Shown here: piece by piece, positions 25,770-37,700 of the stretch
Layout of the letters: each line of letters opens with the position of its first letter
Position numbering within the stretch: position 1 is the stretch's first letter
Origin: Dicyema japonicum
Taxonomy: Eukaryota > Animalia > Dicyemida
DNA length: 64,000 nt
Assembly (NCBI GenBank): GCA_011109175.1
Contig: RDEW01000005.1
Location: forward strand, 1,422,657 to 1,486,656
Direction: 5' to 3'
The notes under the pieces: model-generated
Told to the model about the DNA's origin: nothing
The model's input: only the letters and a program-made list of their open reading frames with translations
Databases searched by the model: none
Position numbers and translations under genes: made by a program

Positions 25770-27192
25770 ATGATATTATTTATCATTATTTTTGTCTCGA
25801 AACAAAATATACACAAAAAATTTAGCATTTCTAACGAAAGGCGATTAATTCAAAGTTTGATTCAAAAGTATGAAAGAATTGGATTATACGGTGTCCCGAA
25901 AATGAACAATTCAGTCCCTCTTCGAGTCTATTTGGGACTTTCTCTCATAAAAATCGTCAATATTGATGAAATCAGCCAAATCCTGACAACGGATGTTTGG
26001 TTACGAATGGTCCTCACTTTTATCATGGTAGATATGGAATGACATGTATCTTACGTGGAATATTTCCGATTTCAGTGACATTCAGTTTGTAAACATGGAA
26101 GTAGAAAATATTTGGTACCCCGACCTTGTTTTATTTGACATGTAACAAAAATATGATTTTAAGTGCCGATGAACGACTAAGCGAGAGAAAGAAGACATTG
26201 GTGAGGGTAAAATATGACGGGACCGTCTCCTGGATTCCTCAGGCGAGTTACAAAAGTTACTGTAAAATAAATATAAAATATTTCCCCTTCGACATTCAAA
26301 ACTGCACAATGAAATTTGGATTTTGGACACACGATGACTCAGATCTGATGATGGAGTTCTTTCGGGGACAGAATGAAGTTATGACAGACAATTATATTCC
26401 CAACAATGAGTGGGAGATACTAAGCTTGAAGGCTTACAAACACAACATCAAGTTGGTACTGACAATTAATGTAGATACAAATGTTGTGGGGACAACTTAT
26501 TCAGTGACATTACGTATTCTCTGGTCATGCGGAGAAGATCAGTTCAACACGTGTACATTCTCATACTGCCTTGTTTTATACTCAGCATAATCAGCCTAAT
26601 CTCTCTATGGATTCCCCCGTGCTTTCCTCCAAAGCTGATTATAAGTTGATTTATAATTTCATTAGACTTTAATCTGTTTCTGGCGTTTGTGCTACTTCTC
26701 CACATGCTGGCTCGAAACTCACCAAAATCCTCCACAATACCTGTCATTGGGGAAATATTTGTTCTCAACATTTGTATGATTACCTTATCGACGTTGTTCT
26801 CCATTTTTATTTATAATATATTTATATTCCAAAAGAAGGTTTCCATAGTAACGGAGAAAGTCATAATTATAGTAATTTAGATACTGCTGGACTATATTGG
26901 TCCTATTTTAGTGGTGAAACGAAGAAAAGTAAAGCGGGAAATTATTCATTTCAAAAATGACCACCAAATACACGAAAATGAGCTAGAATCGATAATAGCA
27001 GATATTAAAAATCTGCAAAGAATGTTTATTTTACGTAAAGACCAAACTTCACTCCAAAATCATCAATTTTTAAAATGGCAGGACTGCGTCTATGTGCTGA
27101 ACAGATTATATTTCGTGTTGCATACAATTTGCCTTATAATCGCCACGGCAGTAAAATTTAATGGTAGCTGTATTTATAATCTTGAGAATTAA
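25770..27192 (+). CDS. Cys-loop ligand-gated ion channel, nAChR alpha-like, predicted anion-selective; 5 introns of 21-23 nt
   Basis: Cys-loop CKINIKYFPFDIQNC, loop B FGFWTHD, loop C YKCC after splicing, TM1 YILILPCFILSIISL, M1-M2 linker PPK, M2 INFNLFLAFVLLLHML, TM4 VLNRLYFVL. Introns include 26010-26031 and 26645-26665. Confidence 0.9.
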
Positions 27193-27399
27193 TAAACGGA
27201 CAAAAACTAACATAAATAAAACTCTAGCTATTCATGTCACTTAATTATACAGTCATAGACAAGTTCGACTTCAACACTTTTCGATTCATGGTTTTAAATC
27301 TAACAGTTCAATTATATTCGAATTTTTAATACATTTCTATAAGAGACCTTTAAGAAGAGGATAGATTCATGATAAAGAAATAAATATTATAGAGATAAG

Positions 27400-29480
27400 C
27401 TACTAACTCCACCATCCTGTGGAGTTATGTGGGACATCGGGAGCGACCACATCCCCCAAGAGATGTCACTGAACCTGGTTCCGGACACTACAGAGTCAGT
27501 GTTTACAGGATACGACCTATCAAGACTAAATTGGGAACACTATAGAAGATACATATCTAGAAACCTCAAAAACTGGAAGGAGGGACTTTATTCCGAAATG
27601 ATATTGACAACATAGACAAAGACCTTTCAATTGTGATGGAGAGATATTTATTACTTTACGCAAGGAGGAGACCTTTATGGGAAAAGCATCAATCTCTCCC
27701 CTTCTACATTATCTATGAGTAATGAAAGAAACCGCCTGAAGAACAAACTCAGAAGATGTGTCGACTGGATGGACCGGATTGCATTGACCGGTCAACTGAA
27801 GATAATTAAAAAAGCCATTGAAGAGGGAACAAGACTGTCTCAAGAATAATGTTTGAGGGTAGAGGCAAGCAAACTAAACACCAAGGACACCTCGTTCTGG
27901 AAGTTCTACAAAAGAATTACTGGTCAGAAAAGGAATGACATGAAAATCTCTTTGACAAGCAAGAAGGTGGACATGTTCTATGGAAGAAGCCCTAAATATC
28001 TTTACGAAGCAACTAGGCCGCATTCAGGGGGTCAACCCGATGGAGCTGATCCCAGAGAAAAGTTGGAAGCTTCACAGGAACTCCTAACCCATTCTCTGGA
28101 CGATCTCAAAGATACTGAAATGAAGATAACGACAGAGGACGTCATGATTGCCATCAAGACATGCAAAGCTAACGCCCCTGGACATGACCATATTAGCATG
28201 AGATTGTTTAAGAAAGGCCCAGAGGATCTTGCTGCTCGTACTGAAGAATTTATTCAACGCGATCATAGATTATGGCTATGTCTCCAAATGCTGGAAATCC
28301 TCCATAGTCAGAATGATCTTGAAACCGGAAAGTTGGGGAGGGACCCTTTCAGCTATAGGTCGATCAACCTCTTTGCTCTATTTACAAGATTGTTGAGCGA
28401 ATTATCTTCAAGAGACTAAACGAGCACATAGAAGAGAGTGGTTTCCTCCTCGCAGAACAATGTGGCTTCAGACCTGGAAAATTATGCACGGATTGCATCT
28501 ACTAGATACATTCGGCGGTATTAAGAGGTCTGGAATCAAGAGACAAGTCAACTTGGTATGTTTTGATCTGTCCAAGGCTTTTGATAGCGTGTGGCATGAA
28601 GCCCTCGTATCAAGGCTAGCAGCTGTTGATATCCAAAAAAAACTTTTCATATGGATAAAGGACTTCCCGAGTACATGTTGGGGCAAATATGTCAAAAGAT
28701 ATCGTATTGAAGAAAGGAGTTCCACAGGGGTCTGTCTTGAGCCCGCTTCTGTTCAATGTGTTCTTGTCAGACTTTCCAATTCCACCGGATACGAACACCA
28801 AACTATTGATAAACGCAGATGATATTCTGATTACGGATACGTCTGGGAAATCAACTCTATCGGAAAGAAGAATCAAGTCAGTCATTAACCAAGTGCAGGA
28901 CTGGTGCTCCAAGAGATGGATGACACTCTCCACAGAGAAGTCCAGCTACTTGAGAGTCAGTCGCCTACGGAGGCATCGTGCGCAGCCCTACTCACTTGGT
29001 ATTCCAAAAGTAAATTCACTCCGCTACCTCGGAATAGTTATCGATGGGGAAGGTTCATTCATGGAGGACATCAGACGAAGAATGAAGAAGGCGCTGCTAG
29101 CGCTTTTCTGTACAAGCAAGTTGTTCGTAAGCTTGGAGACCTTCTTGTTTATCTTCATGAGAATTATTCTACCAGAGCTACTATATGGGTGCGAAGCATG
29201 GTTTTTCTCTCGCCAAAAGGATAGAATTATGTTACTTATGGAAAAATCGAGAAGGTCAGCAATAAAGCTGACCTTGGGGAAAAAGCTATTTGATGTCCTC
29301 AGTACGGAAGAAGACAGGATTCTTGCACCGGTCAATTATATTGTGGAGAGAGGATCGATGGGATCCGAGGCTAAGACGAGATTAAAATGGAGATGGGGCG
29401 CATCGGAAGAGTCCAGGCCGCATAGGCGGACTCGAAAATAAGCTCTTAAACCAACTCCTTAATTCCTTTGAATAAAGTTT
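27400..29480 (+). mobile_element. APE-type LINE (family C), 5'-truncated and frameshifted
   Basis: GSDHIP (APE end), APGHDHI, FDLSKAFDSVWH, GVPQGSVLSPLLFN, INADD, LRYLG, ILPELLYGCEAW. Confidence 0.9.
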
Positions 29481-29489
29481 TTACGGTTA

Positions 29490-29770
29490 CATAAGACTTT
29501 GTTAACTATCATTGGTCCTAATATGACGGCTTGGGACTACTGTGGAAGAACATACTGGGAAGGGGACCTACTAGGGAAGAAATAACTGAAGATGGGCTTA
29601 CTAGTTTTGTACCTACTACGTTGTGGATATAAGGGCGTTTAGAGGATTCATGGGATCCAACGCTAGGACGAGATTAAAATGGAGATGGGGTGCATCGGAA
29701 GTGTCCAGACCGCATAGGCGGACTCGTTTAAATACCTTTAAACTAATTCCTGTTTGAATAAAGTGTTTTC
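29490..29770 (+). mobile_element. Second family-C LINE 3' end in tandem
   Basis: 29640-29765 closely repeats 29350-29480 (gacgagattaaaatggagatgggg..cgcataggcggactcg..tttgaataaag). Confidence 0.75.
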
Positions 29771-30655
29771 GTTTTTCATCACGTTCATATCCCCCATTGT
29801 GGGAATCCTTACTATTAGTAAGGAAAAGAGAAATTCTTTTGGATTTCAGTCTCCTAAGACAGGTAGATCACGTGGTGCCTATTATGAATTGAAGGAGGCA
29901 CAGAGCAGAGGGGAATTCTTCTACCAGGTAGATGCGAGAATTATAAGTCTGAATGTATTGGTGGTTGAGGCACTAACTCATGCCATTGACCGGGCTAGCT
30001 CTGTGAATGTCAAGGACTGGATTTCTCTATTTCCTTTATCTGCTCTTTGATTGGACTCTACTTGTGAACGAGTTTCTACCGCTGCAAGCCTTAGGAAATC
30101 AATTCAAATGTTTGAGGATGGGAATGAGAATTTTTTATTGTTCGATTTTGGTTTCCTTTTGAGAGTCCCTAATCATGGAAATAAGAAGTGTTCTCTTTGG
30201 AATGCTGTTTGCCAAACTGATAGACCGAAACGTCCGGGTAAAAGTTAAACGTTTTTTTCAGCCGAGACTGTCCTCCCGGTCACCCCTGATGTCTTTTCCT
30301 CCATGGAGCAAAAGCATCCTCTTTTGATTTAATCGGACTGTCTCTTTCATGTATTATTTACCGAATCAGATATGATGGTTGGAATCACCTCCTTCTTATC
30401 AAGCGGCAGCAAGGGGTTTGGATTGTTTACAGCCTAGGTAAATTAGAGATAACGATTTAGATCCAAGATAATGTGTATATGGGGTTTCCCGATCAATAGC
30501 GTAACATTCTCATCATAAGTTTAATTACCCTCATGATGTTCTTGTAACACATGGAAACATCACTATTACTTCATAATCAACCGTCTTTTAAAAAATACCG
30601 CTCCAAAGTCCTTTTCCACATAAACTCAAAATCCAGTACAACTCTTCCTTAAGAT

Positions 30656-31705
30656 CAGGAGCGTGCCTAGAGGGGGCCATAAGGGCAGCAGAATCAAGCC
30701 GCGTTCACGTTATTAAGCAATACTCACTTTTTAATGGATTTTTTTATCATACAAGAATACTGCTAGTGATCACCGCATTCTATTGACAGCGCTGAAGACT
30801 CGTTTATTACTCAAAGTTGGCTACTCAATTGCTAGCTGTGAACGTTAATTTTCAATGTTAAAACAGATACAGACATCTTTGAGGTCTTCGATGTCAAATC
30901 AGCGCCCGTAAGGTTTATCTTTGATCAGCATTGAAAATAAATTCAGATCGACTATATCATATGCAGGCAAAAAGATCGAGGAATTATACTTGATGCACGA
31001 GCTTATGGTGGATCGATTATCGACAGCGACCACAAAATGGTTATTACTAGACTTTCTCCATAGAGATTTATGGTACTACAAAGATCGAAACGGAAGCACA
31101 TTGAAACCACAGAACCAACTATAGACGCTATAATTAGGAATCCTTAATCAGTCAATCAGAAGGGGCCCTAGCATTCAAAAAATATCTGGATGCAGAACTA
31201 GAAAACATGCCTACAGATTTGCCGCCCGGAAAATTCTGGATTTTGTAAAGCAGTCAATACATAAAGGAGCCAATCTGCATTGAAAGAAAATGAGAAAATC
31301 CCATCGCACAATGACATTTACACGGTGAAGGACCTTGCCAATAAACAGAAGACCATATGGATGCTATATCAAAATACTGACAATTTGAACGTAAAATCAA
31401 AATTGCGGCTAGAAAGAAAAACTATCAAAGCAAAAATAAGAAAAACTATACGCCAGCATAACAGAAATAGAGCACTGGACCAGATTAAGAAGGTAGAATC
31501 TCTCAAGGACAACGCTAGATTCTACGAGGATGAAGAGCGATGTGAAAGAAGTTGTGGTGCAGGCTTTTGTTGACAGACAAAGACCGATTGACATGGAACT
31601 AAGTGACTTTTTGTTTATTGTTCAATAAATTACTTTTTTAGTTAGTTATAAGGGGCGTCATTATCATACACTCCCCCGGGCAGCAGAATGCTCTGCAACG
31701 CCCCT
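30656..31705 (+). mobile_element. hAT (ZMYM1/Tip100-like) non-autonomous derivative
   Basis: Ends CAGGAGCGTGCC.. / ..GCAACGCCCCT. TSD cttaagat / cttaa-at. Internal SIASCER*FSMLKQIQTSLRSSMSNQR..GLSLISIEN. Confidence 0.8.
30945..31560 (+). mobile_element. RTE-family fragment nested in the hAT
   Basis: IDYIICRQKDRGIILDARAYGG..DSDHKMVITRL aligns with QIDYIICKQ..DSRSYGG..SDHKLVVARL of the 58449 ORF. Confidence 0.8.
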
Positions 31706-32149
31706 CTTAAATCCACTCCTGTAGGTTCCAATCTGGTAATTGAGTCCAGGCCAAAACAAGTAAAGGTTTTGTGAAATAATGGACATCCTCCCTAAAAGAG
31801 GAGCGTCGTTGGTACATAAAAGCAGTGAGAACTATGGAAGATCACTACAAAAACCTCGCACCTGTTTTGAGGACTACAGGATCAATTAATTAGTTGGCTT
31901 TACTTTTTTCTTGGTGTTTTTTTCCGAGTTAAACAATATGGACATCATCCCAACTTTATTAGAAAAAGTAAATCCAACGATTCCATTATCTTTACAGGTG
32001 TATTCGAAGATTTTAAAAATTTTTTCACAGTTGACTGCACAATATGACTGTTAAGTATAGAGGGAAACACGCGGGTTCTTTCATTACAGTTTCTTATGTA
32101 TTATTGTAGGTGGCTAACAAAAACGTAATGACGTTCCCAGACAAAAGTT

Positions 32150-32350
32150 TAATCCCGTGCGGGGAAGACATAGAAGACGGACCAGATCACAAAAAAGGTG
32201 TTTGCTTTGACTAAATTACGTACACACCACAGCCCTGAGCAAGTTTAGCTTTTTCTGAGATTTATCGCATATATGCGAAACATGTTTCGAGAAGATAAAC
32301 ACGTGTCAAAATCTGTCCCAATATTTTGGGATTCTTGACAAGGGGAAGAG
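32150..32350 (-). mobile_element. Family-A LINE fragment
   Basis: ICDKSQKKLNLLRAV resembles QCTKASHKINILKAV at 48140. Confidence 0.5.
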
Positions 32351-32429
32351 GAATGTTATTGATACGTAGCATAGGTTCCAGGTTATACTAACGACGATCA
32401 GTTGTAAAAACGGTTATAAATGATTTGTC

Positions 32430-33000
32430 GGGAAGAAGGATTCAAGAGTAACGGTCCATCCAGGAGGAAATATTATTAAGGTCTTCTTGAAGGAATGTAG
32501 AAGCAATGACGTGATACGACCATAACATCATCAGCATACGAAAGTAGTGATGTATTCTCATTAGTCGGAAAGCTGGACAAATGTGGGTTAAAAAGAACCG
32601 GAGAAATAATCGAGCCTCGAGGAACTCCATTAGGTAAGTATCTGTAACGTGAGTAGACATGATTTTTTCCAACATTGGGACTGCTCCGTGGTTGATTGAG
32701 TACTCAATTTAGTTAAAAAGTGAAACCCACTCGGACCAAGATATTTTAGATGATGTATGGAAAGACTGTCAGGACCTAAACCATCCCTAAACCACCCCCA
32801 GCTAAGGAGGAGGCGCGGTCGGGACGTTCTTAAAGTTGAGGAGTCTTGGATTTTATGTAAGATGAGTTTCATGGATGGGACAATGTCCACAATGATTGTG
32901 CAAGAAGTTACGTAAATCAATACATTTTTTGGAAAGTCCGTTGATGTTCAATTGAAGTATCTTCAACATTCGCTGAAATGACTTGGGTCCATGGTTTGGT
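32430..33000 (-). mobile_element. CR1-like RT fragments, internally deleted
   Basis: LGPDSLS..LKY, MLEKIM, FLQEDLNNISSWMD. Confidence 0.65.
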
Positions 33001-33149
33001 TCAACATCAGCACCCATGATTAAAGAAATCTAGGAACGGTAGCTTGACGTTCATCTTGTAGCCATTACCAAACAAACTATTTGGTAATAAGTGAATAAGT
33101 TGGGTCTGTTCACTACGAATGTAAGTAGTTTCCATCCGACGATAATTCT

Positions 33150-34100
33150 TTTTCAATTTATTCACAAAAAAGTGTTATAAATTAGCAATCGGCTCTCATG
33201 ACTGATAAAAAATTCCCTCTCATGTGTGGAAATACGCTCAATCATCCATTTCTCTTCTCGATTGTCCCTCCTCCTGTTTGCTTTAACTGATTTAGGTCAA
33301 AGTTCCGAATCTGTTCCAGAGAATTTAAAACGACCCCTTAAAGAGATTTCCACATCTTTGCTACCTCGCCCATCCTTTGTGGTTACTTCAATAAGAGCAA
33401 GGCCTCGAACTTGTCATTCAGATGACTGTGGCCCCACTAATAATTACAGATGGAAACAATAAACCAGATGATATGTTTAACTGGTAATAGTTCTGCAAAG
33501 ATTCCTCACACAAACACAGCCCCTCAGGCAAGGAAGTTCAGAACCAAAATTATGAGGTCCCCAGTGCTAGTCTACCTGCTATCCATTCTGTCGAAGGTTC
33601 CACTCCATGCTTTAATGTTGACGAGTGACGCCGTCATTAGTGTTTCAGCACAGCGGAACTGGATCGTCTTCTGGTACTCCACACAAGAAAAGAACAAGTC
33701 AAGAACACTTTCAATATCTTGAATATGCCTTGGATTAATTAACATTACTGTATAAAAGAATTATCGATATTAAAATGCATTATCATTGACACATTATGCC
33801 ACTTCTGCCTAACACAATCATTTTGTGGACTTTAATGTATAAAATTAATACATCTAATTAAGTTTATTCAACTCCCGCGGTCACAGAAGAAGAGAGACCT
33901 TCCAATATCACAAGTTGATCCAAAACCAGCAAAAAAGAAAAGATAAGTTGTTGCAGTTGTAATAAGCCCTCCAGTAGAGTGGAAGAGAAAATAATCTTTT
34001 CGTGTCACCCTGGAACTAGACGCCACTCTACAACAAGGGAAGAAACCAAATAGCCAGTAAGGGAAAATGAACCTCACAATATCGTTGGCGACATCCAAAC
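33150..34100 (-). pseudogene. Decayed ECM29/ECPAS-like gene fragment (copy B, the longest)
   Basis: STCDIGRS; IQDIESVLDLFFSCVEYQKTIQFRCAETLMTASL; SELPCLRGCVC. These follow the order of remembered ECPAS motifs ([40 protein letters not shown]). In-frame stops. Confidence 0.5.
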
Positions 34101-34939
34101 CACTAAACTACTTGTGGCACAATAAAATCAAATTTTAATAAATCAATATATATTAACCACAAATATGTGTCAAAATCAACTGGTAAAGTCATATTTGTCA
34201 GTTGATCGTATATCTCACTAAAAATAGTCAGTAGATGGGTTTAGAACTGACATGTTTTCTTAAAGAATTGGGGAAAACAGACATCAATTTTGAAAATGTC
34301 AAGTATTTGGCTTAATTTCCAGAATCGATTAATTCGATTGGAAATGTCCTCGCTTTAAATCGAATTAATTATAAGAGCATTTAGTTAAGTCAATAATTCC
34401 TGAAATCTCAATAAATTATCTGGATTTCCCAATCTTAACTCTACATACACATCATTGACTTGTTTTAGTGAGGCGGTGACCTGCCTTGCTTGGCTAATAA
34501 TTGAGGAAAATGAATGTAAAGCAGACGATACAAGAGGATGCTGACATCTATAATAGTTTCCTCTGCTGCATACGTTTAAGACGAGCGTTATGGGTCCTGT
34601 GAAATGGTCGATGTAGTTCAGCAACACAGCGAACAACAAAAAATCCCACTCATATTGGGAATCACCTACTAACACAGGATTTTCGAATCGAATTAAACCA
34701 GCTGCCACTAATCACGAAACCCGAGGCCACCAGCAGAAGACTTCAAAAGACATACATTCGCAAACAGCTGTAACCAAAGAGAACAGGTCAATTCACAACA
34801 TTACTGAGATCAAACACTAAACTGAATAAACCAAAAATTAAAATAACAGAAAATTTAAAAGCCCACTTTATTTGAAATTAAGAAGTCCAAACTAAACTAA
34901 CTAAACTAGGTGACTCAAATTTTGGCATAATTTGAGAGA

Positions 34940-35210
34940 AGATAGGCATTGCCCTTCATTGCTGCCTCCCTGTTGTCATCCCTCACAAAAGCCTGAATCA
35001 CGACGACTTCAATAAAAATCAAATCAAACAATCTCCGCTTTCCAGTACACATCCACTCACAATCAATCGCTTCTGTTCCTGGGAGACATAGCACGCGTGT
35101 CTGGCATCCCCTGAGGCCTCCATCTCAGGGTAAACGGCCGTACAGGTCCTTATGTGACGATAGGATACTCCTTCGAAGGTAATATCCTGCGGTCTCTCAG
35201 ATTCCATTAG
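34940..35210 (-). mobile_element. Possible RLE-type non-LTR 3' fragment
   Basis: ERPQDI..EQKR..AMKGNA loosely follows the RPxD..K..QRGNA layout. Confidence 0.3.
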
Positions 35211-35689
35211 ATTTTTAAAGAACGTATTAGGATCATATGAAAGATCCTGTTAACAGCTGTAAAATTATTATGCTAAAAAACATCATTTTGGTTGTTCCGC
35301 AAAATAATAGTCCACTCCGATGATCCAGTAGGTCTGACCATGGACAAATGAGGCTCACCAAAAGACAGAGCTTGTTCCCAACCAGTAAGATAAGATCCAA
35401 CCATACTAAAGATTTACACGATAGCGCTGTTGTAATCATGTATTTGACATCGGTTCGCCATATATAAATGTTTAAATTTTAATCAAATTAATAATTTAAT
35501 TAATATAAATTATAAAAAACACCTGCTACACAAAAGGTTTTGGAAAATTCGCTCAACCGAGGCAAAACTCCGACTGAAAGCACTGAATGGAAATATAAAG
35601 GCTAAAGAACTTAAGATACAGAAAGCAAAATAGTCACGAGTTCTCACAGCTTTCGGCACATATCAAGGCTGATGATAGACAAACCGACG

Positions 35690-37160
35690 AATCAAATACA
35701 GCCAGAAGGATCTGAATTCCATTATGAAGTATTATGTGAAAATTGTCCATAAAGAGAAACGGAAGATCAAGACTGGTTAACTTCCTTTGGAAAAACCGAA
35801 GAGGGACTGTTTATCTTCTTACTTTTCAGAAACGGATGTAGAAGAAGCACTGCTCAATACAAAGACTACCTATTCCCACGGCCCAGATGGAATCCCTGTT
35901 ATCCTGCTGAAAAATCATGGACCGGAGGTGATCAGGACCTTACAAAGATCTATAATTGGTCTTTATGGGAAAATGCGATCCTCTCGCTATGGAAACTCGC
36001 TTACATCCGCCCGATATTGAAGATGGGAAAACCAAAAAACGACCCGGCATCATTCAGACCGGTATCGTTGCTATCTTGAATGTCGAAAATTCTGGAAAAA
36101 CTAGTTCTTCAGAAGATCAAAGGAACAATCCCAGAGAAAGCATTTCAACACGGATTTAAATCCATTCACTTGACGGATACCCATTTACAATCCCTGAGTG
36201 ATTATATTTGCTCTGGGTTCACCAACAAACCCAGGCACAAATAGACAATTCTATTTTCTGTAGACATTCACAAGGCATTCGACTCCATCCCAAGAAAAAG
36301 ACTCACCATGAAAATCTATCAGACGGATATACTTGAGAATTTCAAACTCTGGCTGGTGAATTTCCTCAGTGGACAAAGAGGACGAGTCTGTTTGGGATAC
36401 CTACGGTCGAGCTCCCGTTTAATTCCAAATGGAATACCCCAGATCTCATCTGTTTCCTATTCTCTTTAACCATTTCTTAATGATATCCCGACTCCGGAGG
36501 ATGAGGATGACCTTTTACTGGCTTATGCAGATGATATTGTTATTGCATCCAGGGACCAAGACGTTCAAGTCGCCTCAGAGAAATTACAATTACTTGTAAA
36601 TTGCTTAATCTACTGGTTAAATGATAGCAGTCTGTCGATCAGCCCGGAAAAATCGGTTACCTCTCTCCTTACCTCTATTAATAGAATATCTAACAATATA
36701 GTAGATGTAGAAGCAGATGGAAGCAAGTTGCTATTCCAAAAATGGCAGAAGATCCTGGAGTAGTATTAGACACCCATATGACTTTCTCGCGCCATTGGAA
36801 ACGTTTTAAACAAATATGAAAAGAAAATCAACCTCTTGAAGGGGATCTCTGGTTTATGGAAAATCGGAAGTCATCCCGTTCTGATATCACTATACAGTCA
36901 GTACGTCGAGCCATGCATATTATGTGCATCATGGGCCAACTCAATTTCTTAGACGAATTCCGGAGAATTGTGGCAACCCAAAAAAGAGTGTTTTTTGTGA
37001 TAGAAAACTGGATCAAAGGCAATCTAAATTCTACACCTAACCTCTCGGAAGACCAAATAAGAAGAAAAGGAGGCCAAACTCAACGTGCTTGTGTTGGATC
37101 GAGGGAAGACCACCAGGCCAAGCTGAGAGCCTATTGAAATTCGCCAGGATCACATAATTT
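35690..37160 (+). mobile_element. Family-A LINE, 5'-truncated and decayed
   Basis: SHGPDGIP, QHGF, VDIHKAFDSI, NGIP, LAYADDIV; ends with the terminus GGATCACATAATT (37147-37160). Confidence 0.85.
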
Positions 37161-37469
37161 CTTGTTTTTGTCTTTAACTATGGTCTTTGGAAATAAATTT
37201 CAATTTCAATATTCCGTGCTACTTAAAACCAGTTGTTTGGATTATAAATCTTATTTTTGGAGCATTTTTGTTTAAAAATTTTTAGTGGATGTTGGTTTGT
37301 TTTATCAGTTTTTGTGGAATCTTTTCAGTTTTTCATTAAATTTGTAAAGATAATTAGAAATCTTAAATTAGATCGATTTTATTGCATTTTGACATTTCAA
37401 TTTCACACTTAACATTGATTTTTCAATAAAAATGGTTTTTTTTAATTTATCCAATATTTAATTATTTTT

Positions 37470-37700
37470 TAACGCAATTTAAAATGTCAATTAGGACGAC
37501 AGAATGCCGAAGGCGTTACCTCTGATAATCGCCATTTCGAGCCTCTGCCTAAACCAGAGTCCCTCCCGTGGCTTCACCTGTTTGAGGCGAGTTTACTTCC
37601 AATGCTGTGGAGAAAGGCGTCCGTCTTCGCTCTTACGGTTCCAGTTGTCTCCACAGCAATGGGGGTGAAATGGTAGTGGTCTTCAAGGGATTCGTACTTA
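37470..37700 (-). mobile_element. CRE-like 3' fragment in inverted orientation
   Basis: SKYESLEDHYHFTPIAVETTGTV..AIIRGNA on the minus strand; closely similar to 40525-40585 on the plus strand. Confidence 0.85.

Larger units (their letters stand above)
29790..31900 (-). pseudogene. Decayed paralogous BAZ1B-like fragment interrupted by a hAT element
   Basis: 31706-31755 and 30620-30655 match 20540-20615 at the DNA level (LEPTGVDLKEELYWIL after removing the insertion). Downstream IDFLRLAAVET resembles WEYLRLGGMEA. In-frame stops. Confidence 0.7.

Noticed and set aside
34385-34708. 107-aa ORF as an independent gene
   Set aside because: No recognisable family; it may be an upstream part of the decayed ECM29-like copy, but I could not align it.
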